Shown here in pieces: positions 8,242 through 17,775 of a stretch of 64,000 nucleotides of DNA (positions within the stretch are counted from its first letter, which is position 1; the number at the start of each line of letters is the position of its first letter). The notes beneath the pieces were generated by a model. The model did not search any database, was not told the DNA's origin, and saw nothing but the letters and a program-made list of their open reading frames with translations. Source of the DNA: Candidatus Anderseniibacteriota bacterium (lineage in GTDB: Bacteria > Patescibacteriota > Andersenbacteria > UBA10190); assembly GCA_021414205.1 (NCBI GenBank), contig JAIOOW010000003.1:48-64047 (forward strand), in the 5' to 3' direction. The position numbers were made by a program, and so were the translations under genes.

Positions 8242-9173
8242 AAAACGTACTAGGAAAAACTGGGTTGAAAGTATCTCGAATTGGACTTGGGACCGTTGAA
8301 ATCGGCTTGGCATATGGCTTAAAAAATGAAGGGTTACCATCTGAACAAGATGCTATCACTCTACTAAAAACAGTTGTCGAAATAGGCATCACATATATCG
8401 ATACGGCCCGTGGATATGGGTTGGCGGAAGAAAGAATCGGCAAGTCTGAAATTGGAAAAAACGATCAAATAATAATAGGTACAAAATTCGGACAATTCAT
8501 AAAAAATGAACCCAACTTGCGTGGCTCAGATCTTGAAAAACGGATCCGAGAAGACATCGATTTGAGTCGAAAAAAATTGAATAAAGAAACACTCCAGCTC
8601 GCTCAATTTCATAACGAACTAGAAGACTACACTAACTTTTCTGAAATTATCGAAATTGCCGAAAAACTTAAAAACGAACAAAAAATCCAGCATGTCGGAA
8701 TCGCCGTTCGCGGAGAAGCAGCTGCGCTCGCCGCGATTAAAACTGGCTTTTTTGAGACCATTCAACTTGCGAACAACATAGTTGATCAAAGAATGGTACA
8801 AAATGTTCTGAAAAAAGCTCGTGAAAACAACATTGGAATCATCAATCGATCAGTCCTATTAAAAGGCGCTCTCACGCCTGCTCGAGCATCTTTACCTGAT
8901 GCGTTAGCGGAATTAAAGCAAAAAGCAGACAAGGCAGAAGCGATTGCCAAAAATCTCGGTGTAGACCTGCCCACTCTGGCAATTCGCTACGTATTATCAC
9001 AATCTGCCGTATCAACTGCCTTAATAGGGACTGTAAAAGCAAATCGCATAGAAAGCGCCCTGCAAGCACTTACCCAAGGTCCATTGCCAGAAGAAGTACT
9101 TATACAGTTTCAAGAATTAGCAATTGCAGACTCCGCCCAGATTGACCCTGCCAAGTGGCCCAAGGTAGACTAA
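8238..9173 (+). CDS. Aldo/keto reductase
   Basis: LGKTGLKVSRIGLG, IDTARGYG.AEE.IG motifs. Confidence 0.9.
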   Translation: MKNVLGKTGLKVSRIGLGTVEIGLAYGLKNEGLPSEQDAITLLKTVVEIGITYIDTARGYGLAEERIGKSEIGKNDQIIIGTKFGQFIKNEPNLRGSDLEKRIREDIDLSRKKLNKETLQLAQFHNELEDYTNFSEIIEIAEKLKNEQKIQHVGIAVRGEAAALAAIKTGFFETIQLANNIVDQRMVQNVLKKARENNIGIINRSVLLKGALTPARASLPDALAELKQKADKAEAIAKNLGVDLPTLAIRYVLSQSAVSTALIGTVKANRIESALQALTQGPLPEEVLIQFQELAIADSAQIDPAKWPKVD

Positions 9174-9177
9174 CGCT

Positions 9178-9912
9178 ATGACACTCACTAACAAAGTAGC
9201 GCTTATCACAGGAGGAAATGGATTTTTAGGACAATATTTCGTTACTGCACTTAAAAATGCAGGAGCAACGGTAGTAGTCACTGATCGCGATAATGCTGAA
9301 ATTAATTTAGACGTTACCAGCAAGTCGTCTATTACAGATGCATTTGAACAAGCAATTTCTAAATACGGAAAAGTAGACATTGTTATTAACAACGCCGCAC
9401 TTGATCCGAAATTCGATGCCAACGCAGAGCAAAATGCGAAACTGTTTGAAAATTATCCCGAAGAATTAATTAAACAGAGCCTCGACGTAAATTTGCTTGG
9501 GTATACTTTAGTAGCTCAAGAAGCAATAAAACGAATGCTCGCTCAGGGATCCGGAAATATTATTAACGTTTCATCCATTTATGGCGTTGTAGGGCCAGAC
9601 CAGAGCATTTACCCGGAAGGCACCCAAAAACCAGTTGATTACTTTATCACAAAAGGTGGCGTAGTGATGCTCACAAAATTCTTGGCAACCACATACGGAA
9701 ACAAAGGCATTCGAGTAAATACATTAACGCTTGGCGGTGTATTTAAAGGGCACGGAAAAGATTTTACCGACAAATATGGAGCACGAACACCGATGGGTCG
9801 CATGGCAAATCCTGAAGAGGTAGGTGGGCCATTAGTGTTTCTCGCATCGGATAACAGCAGCTATATGACCGGTGCCAACCTCATCGTCGACGGCGGATTA
9901 ACTGCGTGGTAA
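9178..9912 (+). CDS. SDR family oxidoreductase (PtmA-like)
   Basis: TGGNGFLG, INNAA, SSIYG, YFITK, VDGG motifs. Confidence 0.88.
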   Translation: MTLTNKVALITGGNGFLGQYFVTALKNAGATVVVTDRDNAEINLDVTSKSSITDAFEQAISKYGKVDIVINNAALDPKFDANAEQNAKLFENYPEELIKQSLDVNLLGYTLVAQEAIKRMLAQGSGNIINVSSIYGVVGPDQSIYPEGTQKPVDYFITKGGVVMLTKFLATTYGNKGIRVNTLTLGGVFKGHGKDFTDKYGARTPMGRMANPEEVGGPLVFLASDNSSYMTGANLIVDGGLTAW

Positions 9913-10704
9913 TTAGTTTTTCCTCGCAATCACAACCATTCCCGCAGAAGCGAACCAAGGGGAAATGGCGTTTGAAATCGTCTTTACGATTTTTCCGAGA
10001 ATATTGAGCTCGTATGGCTTTGCACCACGAAGTATAGGCCAGTTGGAATACAGTCCGAAGTGACTATTAGCATCGGGCAAATCATGCGCAACTACTTCTT
10101 CTATCACAAAACCTGCCCGCATAAGCATTGCTTCAAACTCTGATTTTCCAAATAGATAATATGCAAAACTTGGCCTTCGGCCGAATATGCGCATAAACAA
10201 CCCTTCGATTCTTTTTAGGGGAATGTATAAAATTGTACGGAGCGTATTTGCTAGTGGAACTTCAACGCATACAAACCCATCTTTTTTTAGAACGCGATAA
10301 AATTCTTTAAGAGATTCTTCAACAGCGCCTTCAACATACTCGAGCGACCCGATAGAAAGGACTCCGTCTAGTGAATTGTCCATTGCCGGAATAGCGTCGC
10401 TTCCTGCAATTTTTACCGAAAGGTCCGGGTCATACTCCGTCATTGCGCGCACTGCCTGCGGATGTGCATCTATTCCAGATACGGCATACCCTTTGTTAGC
10501 TAGAAATAAAATCCACCCGCCAATTCCGCACCCAGCATCGAGATACGTTCCATTTTTCTGCAATTTCTTTTCCAGCATAGGCCAAAACGACTGCTTCTCG
10601 TACTGGGAAAAGTCGTTAATTGCGCTGTACATTTCTCGATAGCGATCATCCCACATTTTCGAGCGGTCAAAATTCTTCGGGTCAAATTTGTAAATAGGAA
10701 TCAT
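9913..10704 (-). CDS. Class I SAM-dependent methyltransferase
   Basis: YLDAGCGIG motif I; YRVLKKDG. Confidence 0.88.
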   Translation of the reverse strand: MIPIYKFDPKNFDRSKMWDDRYREMYSAINDFSQYEKQSFWPMLEKKLQKNGTYLDAGCGIGGWILFLANKGYAVSGIDAHPQAVRAMTEYDPDLSVKIAGSDAIPAMDNSLDGVLSIGSLEYVEGAVEESLKEFYRVLKKDGFVCVEVPLANTLRTILYIPLKRIEGLFMRIFGRRPSFAYYLFGKSEFEAMLMRAGFVIEEVVAHDLPDANSHFGLYSNWPILRGAKPYELNILGKIVKTISNAISPWFASAGMVVIARKN

Positions 10705-10719
10705 AGTATTAACCGTATG

Positions 10720-12600
10720 CTACTTCATGTATCGCTTCAAATGCTCCATGGCCTGCAAGAACCCGCGCCCGCCATGCAAATGCCCCTGCCAAATCTCCGG
10801 AACCATCGTTTCAGAATATCCTGCAAGCGGATCGAGGATCTTTTTAAAATCAACCGTTCCTTGGCCAATTTGCAGCCCCTCTTCACCAGTACCAGAACCA
10901 TCGGCAACATGAAGATGATGAATAAACGGTTTTAGCTCCGTAATCATTTCAACCAAATCTTCTCCGTACTGGTTACAGGAGAGCGCTGCATGAGACGTGT
11001 CAAAGCACATGGAATACCCAGTTTCTTCGAGGAATTTTTTAATTTCATCTTTTAACATGAAAATATTCGTAACCCATTCACCTCCGAACACCCATGGGCG
11101 AGGTGGAAGATTTTCCGGAAGCATTTCAACACCATCCGTCTTTAATTGCGATAATGTATCTGCGAATAATTCCAGTAGCTTTGCAGGATGCGGGGATCGG
11201 GTAAGCGTAATTCCTCCAGGATGAATAATAAATTTCGGCGTTCCTTGAAACGATTCCCCAAGCTTACGCGCAACATCGACGCTTCGCTGCAAAATCGCAA
11301 TAACTTGCTTGCGCTCATCAATATCTTCTGATGCTGGGTTCAAATATACACGCTTCATGTATTCCGGCGCATGCACGACAACTTCTTGCGAAAAAGATCC
11401 CGTTGGAATTTCTTCATCCAAATCTTTATCGCTCAAATGAAATTCGAACAAGTCGGGTTTAAATTCCAAATAATTTCGAAAATCCTTCCATCGAACAACG
11501 GGGCCCCATTTCCAAGAAATGTCCTCTGAAGAAAATGTTTTCGCAAGAGAAGCTCCAACTACATCGTCCTCCGTAAGAGCATCGCCAGCAGGAATATCCC
11601 TACAAGCAGTAACGCCAACTAATTCGTCCAGTCTCTGTGGGGATAATCCTTTTGCAGGACTTTTTGTGGTGAGCATATCGCGCGTAATGACGGTTCCGTC
11701 AGCAATAAACGTCTTTGCAACAACGCTCTTGCCTAACAGTTCTCGATTCATAATCTCCCCTCGAGAAAGTTTTTTTACGCCCTCCCCAACCGCCATTTCA
11801 ACTTCGCGAATTCCTGCAACCATGTCCTTAAATTCTTGCGGGAGCAGGGAAGCTTTGTGGTCCGGTCCTTCCAAATTTCTATCCGTGGTAATGTGTCGCT
11901 CAATAATGCACGCGCCCCGAGCAACTGCTCCGATGGAAACGGCAATTCCGCGTTCGTGTCCGGAATATCCTACCGGAACGCCATACACGCTCAGCGAATC
12001 CATATACTTCAAATTAATTTCCTTGAACGGCGCCGGATATGTGCTATTGCAATGCAAAATGGCAAACGGAACACCCAATGTCTTAATAAACTCTACGCCC
12101 GCTTTAATTTCTTCCTCCTGAGCCATTCCAGTAGACACGATCATCGGCTTTTTTGTCTTCGCAATATATTCCAAAAGCTCGTTATTCGTAAAATCAGGAG
12201 AACCTACTTTGTATACCGGAACATGGAGAAGATTTTCAATCATATCGCAGCTTTTCTTATCCCACGGATTCACCATGAAAATAATATTTCGCTTTGCCGC
12301 ATATGCTTCCAATTCCAAATAAGCATCGTCAGACAGCTCAAATTCTTTGAGTAGGGGGATTAAATACTGATACTTCTGCTCTGCACTATTCGGATTATCT
12401 AATATCTTTTTTTGATACACTTCCGCCAAATTTCGTTTTTGGAATTTTACCGCATTCGCTCCGGCATCTGCAGCAGCATCAATGAGCTCCCGTGCACGAT
12501 CGACGCTGCCGTTATGGTTTAGCCCGGCTTCCGCAATAATAAACGTAGGGTTGCCTGGTCCGATCTTTATATCACCCACTAGAAGAGGTTCAATTTTCAT
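10720..12600 (-). CDS. neuB: N-acetylneuraminate synthase (NeuB) + SAF domain fused to a xylose-isomerase-like/AP-endonuclease-2 TIM barrel
   Basis: IIAEAGLNHNGS, AVKFQKR, HCNSTYP, GYSGHE, IERHIT, GPDH; C-terminal ENLPP, CFDTSH, HLHVADG, PEIWQGH. Start refined to ATG 12600. Confidence 0.9.
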   Translation of the reverse strand: MKIEPLLVGDIKIGPGNPTFIIAEAGLNHNGSVDRARELIDAAADAGANAVKFQKRNLAEVYQKKILDNPNSAEQKYQYLIPLLKEFELSDDAYLELEAYAAKRNIIFMVNPWDKKSCDMIENLLHVPVYKVGSPDFTNNELLEYIAKTKKPMIVSTGMAQEEEIKAGVEFIKTLGVPFAILHCNSTYPAPFKEINLKYMDSLSVYGVPVGYSGHERGIAVSIGAVARGACIIERHITTDRNLEGPDHKASLLPQEFKDMVAGIREVEMAVGEGVKKLSRGEIMNRELLGKSVVAKTFIADGTVITRDMLTTKSPAKGLSPQRLDELVGVTACRDIPAGDALTEDDVVGASLAKTFSSEDISWKWGPVVRWKDFRNYLEFKPDLFEFHLSDKDLDEEIPTGSFSQEVVVHAPEYMKRVYLNPASEDIDERKQVIAILQRSVDVARKLGESFQGTPKFIIHPGGITLTRSPHPAKLLELFADTLSQLKTDGVEMLPENLPPRPWVFGGEWVTNIFMLKDEIKKFLEETGYSMCFDTSHAALSCNQYGEDLVEMITELKPFIHHLHVADGSGTGEEGLQIGQGTVDFKKILDPLAGYSETMVPEIWQGHLHGGRGFLQAMEHLKRYMK

Positions 12601-13204
12601 AAGAGGAAAGTACCGCACGAGCAGGGACGCCGTCAATACCAGGTATAGATAGCGGCAAACACATAAGTTGATATGGGCCCGGCTGAATATCGGGCAGATA
12701 CAACCCTTCAACAATGACTATATTATGCGTCAGCAATATTTCATGCACTCGATCCTTTATGCCCTTTTTCTTAATAGAGAGAGCATCAAGGCCAACTAAT
12801 ACTATGCCAAGCTGGGCAATTTTTTCCGCAGCGCTTTCATCGAGCGCAGTAAAGTCTGCTCGAAATTCGTCAACAGAGAAGTTTGAATTGGCAGTTTTAA
12901 AAATAATTCGCTTACTGCCTGTTTCAGGAATGTGAGCAGATGTTATCACTGCAACGTCTGGGGGAATTTCCACAACCTCGCAATCGCCCACATATTGATC
13001 TAGGCTAAATGACTCTATTCCGGAATTACTAGCATTAATATGCGAAAGTGCATCTATATGGGTACCCGTATGAGATCCGAGAGAGATAGCAGTAAGACCG
13101 CTCTGCTCCACGCCTGCTTTTTGAATTTGTAATAGCTCAACGCCTGGATTGCCGGGATATATTGCCATAGCAGAGTGAATAGGTCGCGAAATATCAATCA
13201 GCAT
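12590..13204 (-). CDS. Cyclase family protein (kynurenine formamidase-like)
   Basis: HTGTHIDA motif, VGLDALS, IVEGL. Confidence 0.9.
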   Translation of the reverse strand: MLIDISRPIHSAMAIYPGNPGVELLQIQKAGVEQSGLTAISLGSHTGTHIDALSHINASNSGIESFSLDQYVGDCEVVEIPPDVAVITSAHIPETGSKRIIFKTANSNFSVDEFRADFTALDESAAEKIAQLGIVLVGLDALSIKKKGIKDRVHEILLTHNIVIVEGLYLPDIQPGPYQLMCLPLSIPGIDGVPARAVLSSYEN

Positions 13205-13241
13205 AGAATTATCATATACTGTACACTATTTGCATACATCT

Positions 13242-13355
13242 ATGACACTTATCCTTGATCATATCTTGCTGTGGGGAGCATTCTTTTTACTAGGTATCGC
13301 CCTCGGATACTTAATGACTACTATTCTTATTTGGGGGTCGAAAGTGAGATTCTAA
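13242..13355 (+). CDS. 37-aa single-TM small protein
   Basis: Own translation MTLILDHILLWGAFFLLGIALGYLMTTILIWGSKVRF*; stop lies 1 nt before the next ATG. Confidence 0.6.
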   Translation: MTLILDHILLWGAFFLLGIALGYLMTTILIWGSKVRF

Positions 13356-13356
13356 T

Positions 13357-13587
13357 ATGGATACTCCTTTTCTCACAACCCTTGCGGGCATATTACGAAA
13401 TACGGCAATTGTATTGCTCTATTTCGTCACAGGATTCGGGCCGGGGTTCTGCATTGGATTACTGCTTGCTAATAAGTTTGCAGGGAAAGACAACCAGCTA
13501 AGAATGGACAAACACAACGAGAATATTCAAAAGGCAGGCCAGCACAACAGCCAATGGCATCCAGATAATCCTAGATGGAAAGAGTAG
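13357..13587 (+). CDS. Small membrane protein
   Basis: Hydrophobic GFGPGFCIGLLL segment; coupled to the upstream small ORF. Confidence 0.6.
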   Translation: MDTPFLTTLAGILRNTAIVLLYFVTGFGPGFCIGLLLANKFAGKDNQLRMDKHNENIQKAGQHNSQWHPDNPRWKE

Positions 13588-14980
13588 TTCCTTCGTGAGA
13601 ATACGTAGTCGCAACGCTTGGCAGTGCCTCGCCCAGCTTTTCACGGAGCATCTTTGCCTCTTGCTCTTCTCCGTGCACTAATGCGATGTTTTTCAAACCC
13701 TTTATCTGTTTTGCAAAATCAACTAATTGCCCTTGATCTGCGTGGGCAGAAAATTCGTTAAACAAAAATAATTCCGAACGAACAGGGAACCACTCCCCAT
13801 GCAATTCGATATTTTTTGCACCGGATAAAATCATTCTCCCTGTCGTACCTCGTGCCTGGTACCCCGTAATAAATACAGCGTTATTTGGATTACTAATAGT
13901 ATTGCGCAAATGATGGACTACGCGACCTGCAGTCATCATCCCTGATGCAGAAATAACCATAAAGGGCCCCTTCTTGCCGTTGAGCGCCTTAGATTCTTGG
14001 ACAGTGCGGATGTATTCAAGATTTCGGAAGGCGAGAGGTCGATCATCTTCACGCTCAAAATCGGCGCGCGTTTCAGTGTCGTACACATCAGCATGGTCGC
14101 GATACACTTCGGTAATATCAGTGGCAAGAGGTGAGTCTACGTAAATAGGAAATCGCGGAATTGCGCCACTATCTATCAACTTATGAATGATGTAGACCAA
14201 CATTTGTGTTCGGCCAAGCGAAAACGCAGGCACCACCATCACCCCGTTTCTGTCGCACACCTTTTTAATAGCCTGCGCTAATTCTATCTTCGCCTGCTTA
14301 AGGGGAATATGAGCTCTATTCCCGTACGTACTCTCCATGAGCAACACCTCGATTTCCTCTTTTGGAATTTCAGGATCGTGAAGAAGAGGAACCCCCTTGG
14401 GGCCCATATCACCCGTATATGCTATACAATGCGCTACGCCATCCTCTTCATATCTCAAAACAATAATCGCTGACCCCAGAATATGCCCGGCGTCATAGAA
14501 TTTAATAGAAACCCCTTCAACAATTTCATGCCACGCATCATCATCGTCGCGAGCATACGGCAACGACTCGAAATGCAACATAAGCTCAGTAACGTCTTTA
14601 AGCGTAACCAACGGTTCTCTATCATCAGGAGAACCAAGGTGGTGCAGGGCCCTATATTCGGCATCCTGCGCCTCAATTCCTACCATATCTTCAAGCATGC
14701 GCTGGGCCACATCTTTTGTTGCGGACGTAGAAAATATTTTTCCCACAAATCCTCGCTTTACTAGTAGCGGCAACATTCCGCAATGATCCAAATGTGCATG
14801 AGAAAGAACTACCGCATCTATTGAATCGGGAGGGAAAGAAAATGACCTGTTCCTCTCGCGCACATCCGGCAACCCCTGAAACGTTCCGCAATCAAATAGA
14901 ATTCTTTTTCCGGCAACTTCAACTAAGTGTTTACTACCAGTAACACTTCCCGCTCCGCCAAAGAAGGTTATACTAGCCAT
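13571..14980 (-). CDS. MBL-fold beta-CASP ribonuclease family protein
   Basis: VTGSKH, DCG, SHAHLDHCG, AGHILGS, MESTYG, PAFSLGRTQ, SAHAD, VHGE motifs. Confidence 0.92.
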   Translation of the reverse strand: MASITFFGGAGSVTGSKHLVEVAGKRILFDCGTFQGLPDVRERNRSFSFPPDSIDAVVLSHAHLDHCGMLPLLVKRGFVGKIFSTSATKDVAQRMLEDMVGIEAQDAEYRALHHLGSPDDREPLVTLKDVTELMLHFESLPYARDDDDAWHEIVEGVSIKFYDAGHILGSAIIVLRYEEDGVAHCIAYTGDMGPKGVPLLHDPEIPKEEIEVLLMESTYGNRAHIPLKQAKIELAQAIKKVCDRNGVMVVPAFSLGRTQMLVYIIHKLIDSGAIPRFPIYVDSPLATDITEVYRDHADVYDTETRADFEREDDRPLAFRNLEYIRTVQESKALNGKKGPFMVISASGMMTAGRVVHHLRNTISNPNNAVFITGYQARGTTGRMILSGAKNIELHGEWFPVRSELFLFNEFSAHADQGQLVDFAKQIKGLKNIALVHGEEQEAKMLREKLGEALPSVATTYSHEGTTLSI

Positions 14981-14992
14981 ATGCTCAGTATA
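14969..14992. promoter_or_regulatory. Back-to-back -10 elements for two zero-gap divergent genes
   Basis: TATACT-agccat|atgctc-AGTATA: each strand has TATACT exactly 6 nt before an ATG. Confidence 0.6.
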
Positions 14993-16843
14993 CTCTACGA
15001 ATGGATCACGGCCATCATTGCGATCCTTGTCCCCGGATGGATGGGCATCGCAATAATTTCACGCCTCAATATTCTTCAAGAAAAAACATTGCAGGTATCG
15101 ATAGGGTCGATACTAGGTATTTCTGTATTCGGCACAATATTGTATTACCTTGCGCACATCGTGCCTATCTACGCACGGGTATTGTGGCCCATGATTGGGC
15201 TATTTTTGTTCATAGCGATTTTTTCTCATTTTTGGAAAAAAAATCATAAGCACGCAACAACACTAGATAAAACCGCTCTCTTTATTTTCATGCTGGCGCT
15301 CATCCTCTTTTCAATAATAGGATCAAAACTACTTATTCAGCGCACCGACGGATTATACACGGGGATCATAAATGCATACGGGGATATCGGATGGCACGCA
15401 GCCCTCATTACCCAGTTAGCACAAACAAAAACATTACCTTTGCAAGACCCCATTTTCGCCGGAACAAACCTCACGTACCCATTCCTATCAAACGCAATGA
15501 GCTCCGCAATAATGATCATGGGATCCTCGCTTTCCGCAAGCGTAGACGTCCCTGCAATTATTCTGTTGCCGATTATTATCGTACTTCTTTACCATTTCGG
15601 AAAAACATATGGCGCATCTCGAGGAGCTGGAATACTTGTAATGCTGCTATTTTTATTCGGAGGGGCAACATTCGGATGGACAAGAATTGTCGCCGACATC
15701 AGTCAAAGCAATACATCCCTCGTACAATTTTTCACCCATCTCCCTAATAGGGATTATTCCGGAGTTGGAGGAGATACGCAGGGATATGATTTTCTTAACC
15801 CTGTAACATCACTATTACTTCCTCAACGTGCCATGCTGTTCGGCCTGCCCATTGTGCTAGCTGTCCTCATCCTCCTATCTCCGACTATCATCAAGAAAAA
15901 ATATTCTGCAATTATTGCAGGGCTCTTATCTGGGATGCTCCCGCTATTTCATGCACACGCGTGCATAGCACTTGCGGCAGGCATTACTGCACTTATTATT
16001 ACGAATCCAAACAAAAAATACTGGCTGCAATTTTTTATCCCCGCCTTTGTATTAGGCATTCCAGAATTGCTATTTTATACACATGGCAGTGCCGGTTCTG
16101 GGTCATTTTTCAGATTTGAACCGGGATGGATGAAGGGGGATATCAACTTCTTTGTATTCTGGGCGCAAAATACGGGAATAATTATCCCGCTAAGCATTCT
16201 GGCGTTGTTTATCAAAAAATGCCCAAAACCTGTACGCGCACTAGCGATCGCGGGCTTATTCTTATTCTGCATTTCCAACCTGTTTTTATTTGCTCCATGG
16301 GCATGGGATAATTTTAAAATTCTAGTATTTTGGTATTTATTTGCACTACCAATTGTTGCCTGGGTATGCGTTCGAATGTGGCAATCTCACGCAAAACATC
16401 TTATCCGACCACTCATTATTATCATTCTTTTTGTCCAAATCTTTTCAGGTGCTCTCGATATATGGAAACTTTCCCTCCCCACAGCAACGACGTGGCAGGA
16501 ATGGGATGCCAAAGCAATTATATTCGCTCAATACATTCAGCAATTCGTCCCAGTACAAGATCCTGTCGCAACAGCATCGGTACATAACTCACCAGTGGTA
16601 TTAGCGGGTCGCCTTTTATACCTTGGGTATCCTGCACACGTATGGAGCCACGGGGTATTACCATGGACAAGGGAAGCAGGCGTAAAGGCATTCTATTCAG
16701 GAGCATCTCAAACAATCAATAATGAAACCCCAAAATTTATCGTAGTGGGTCCTCAAGAGGTATCCTCATTTCCTACCCTAGTTATCCAACCAAGCTGGAT
16801 AAAAACAGTACAATACGGCCCCTATATACTATTTCGCCAATAA
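14981..16843 (+). CDS. Polytopic membrane protein, GT-C-like glycosyltransferase candidate
   Basis: Many TM helices; loop motif YGDIGWH..P.FAG..L.YPF; start refined to ATG 14981. Confidence 0.65.
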   Translation: MLSILYEWITAIIAILVPGWMGIAIISRLNILQEKTLQVSIGSILGISVFGTILYYLAHIVPIYARVLWPMIGLFLFIAIFSHFWKKNHKHATTLDKTALFIFMLALILFSIIGSKLLIQRTDGLYTGIINAYGDIGWHAALITQLAQTKTLPLQDPIFAGTNLTYPFLSNAMSSAIMIMGSSLSASVDVPAIILLPIIIVLLYHFGKTYGASRGAGILVMLLFLFGGATFGWTRIVADISQSNTSLVQFFTHLPNRDYSGVGGDTQGYDFLNPVTSLLLPQRAMLFGLPIVLAVLILLSPTIIKKKYSAIIAGLLSGMLPLFHAHACIALAAGITALIITNPNKKYWLQFFIPAFVLGIPELLFYTHGSAGSGSFFRFEPGWMKGDINFFVFWAQNTGIIIPLSILALFIKKCPKPVRALAIAGLFLFCISNLFLFAPWAWDNFKILVFWYLFALPIVAWVCVRMWQSHAKHLIRPLIIIILFVQIFSGALDIWKLSLPTATTWQEWDAKAIIFAQYIQQFVPVQDPVATASVHNSPVVLAGRLLYLGYPAHVWSHGVLPWTREAGVKAFYSGASQTINNETPKFIVVGPQEVSSFPTLVIQPSWIKTVQYGPYILFRQ

Positions 16844-17760
16844 GTGAGAATATCTTCAAGAGATTGCTCAAGCAATATTACTGACCTCCATCCAGTTTTT
16901 TCCGTAAGCCTTGATGCATCACCAATCATCACCGGATTGTCAGACGGCCGCATTTTTAAAGGATCCTGCCGAACTGTAACCTTCGCACTGCTTTGCGCTA
17001 ACAAGTTATCCAAAATTACTTGAATAGACGTACCCTTCCCACTAGCAACGTTATAAACCTGGCCAGTTTCTCCGTATTCCATAAGCAGTCGATACGCACG
17101 AACAACGTCGCGAACATCGGTAAAGTCTCGAATTGCCGTAAGGTTACCTACTGATATAACAGAATCTTGCTTGCCTGCCTCAATGCCCGCAATTTGCGAA
17201 GCAAAATCCGCTGTCACAAACCCCTTTTTCTGATTCGGTCCAATATGAGGAAACGGTCGCACTCGAATGCACATATCAGAATAATCCTTCTCTATGATTT
17301 GCTCCATTTCTAATTTACTTTGCGCATACGGATTAGCAGGGTGGCAATCCGCTAATGCTTTTTCGGCAATAGGAACACTATCACCATGACCATATATATC
17401 AGCACTGCTTACCACGAGCACTTTTGTATGCGGAGAAATTTCTCTCACATGGCCTAGCAGCTTTTCTGTTCCGACCACATTTACTGTTCGCGTAATTTCT
17501 GGATGATCAATCGCAAAGCCAACGGAACTCACCGCTGCCAAATGAATAATCCAATCAGGCTTTTCAGATTTTAAAACATCGATATAGGTTTCCGGTTTTG
17601 AGATATCGCTTGCGTATTTCGTAACAGAATCCGGCATCGATTCGATGTTCGTATCAAGAGCAATAATGTTGCTTTCAATCCACTCCTTACGTAATTCAGT
17701 AACGAGATGGCCACCAACAAACCCTCCAGCGCCTGTAATGAGAACGGAGGGTGATTGCAT
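16822..17760 (-). CDS. GDP-4-keto-6-deoxymannose reductase-like NAD-dependent epimerase/dehydratase (Rmd-like)
   Basis: TGAGGFVG, YAQSK, RPFPHIGPNQ, GNL..IRDFTDVRD motifs; adjacent to gmd. Confidence 0.75.
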   Translation of the reverse strand: MQSPSVLITGAGGFVGGHLVTELRKEWIESNIIALDTNIESMPDSVTKYASDISKPETYIDVLKSEKPDWIIHLAAVSSVGFAIDHPEITRTVNVVGTEKLLGHVREISPHTKVLVVSSADIYGHGDSVPIAEKALADCHPANPYAQSKLEMEQIIEKDYSDMCIRVRPFPHIGPNQKKGFVTADFASQIAGIEAGKQDSVISVGNLTAIRDFTDVRDVVRAYRLLMEYGETGQVYNVASGKGTSIQVILDNLLAQSSAKVTVRQDPLKMRPSDNPVMIGDASRLTEKTGWRSVILLEQSLEDILTYWRNSI

Positions 17761-17775
17761 ACGCTGCTATTAAAA

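Noticed and set aside
11519-12354. Long antisense ORFs over neuB (and similar shadow ORFs across the window)
   Set aside because: Antisense or alternate-frame shadows of strongly supported genes, with no motifs.
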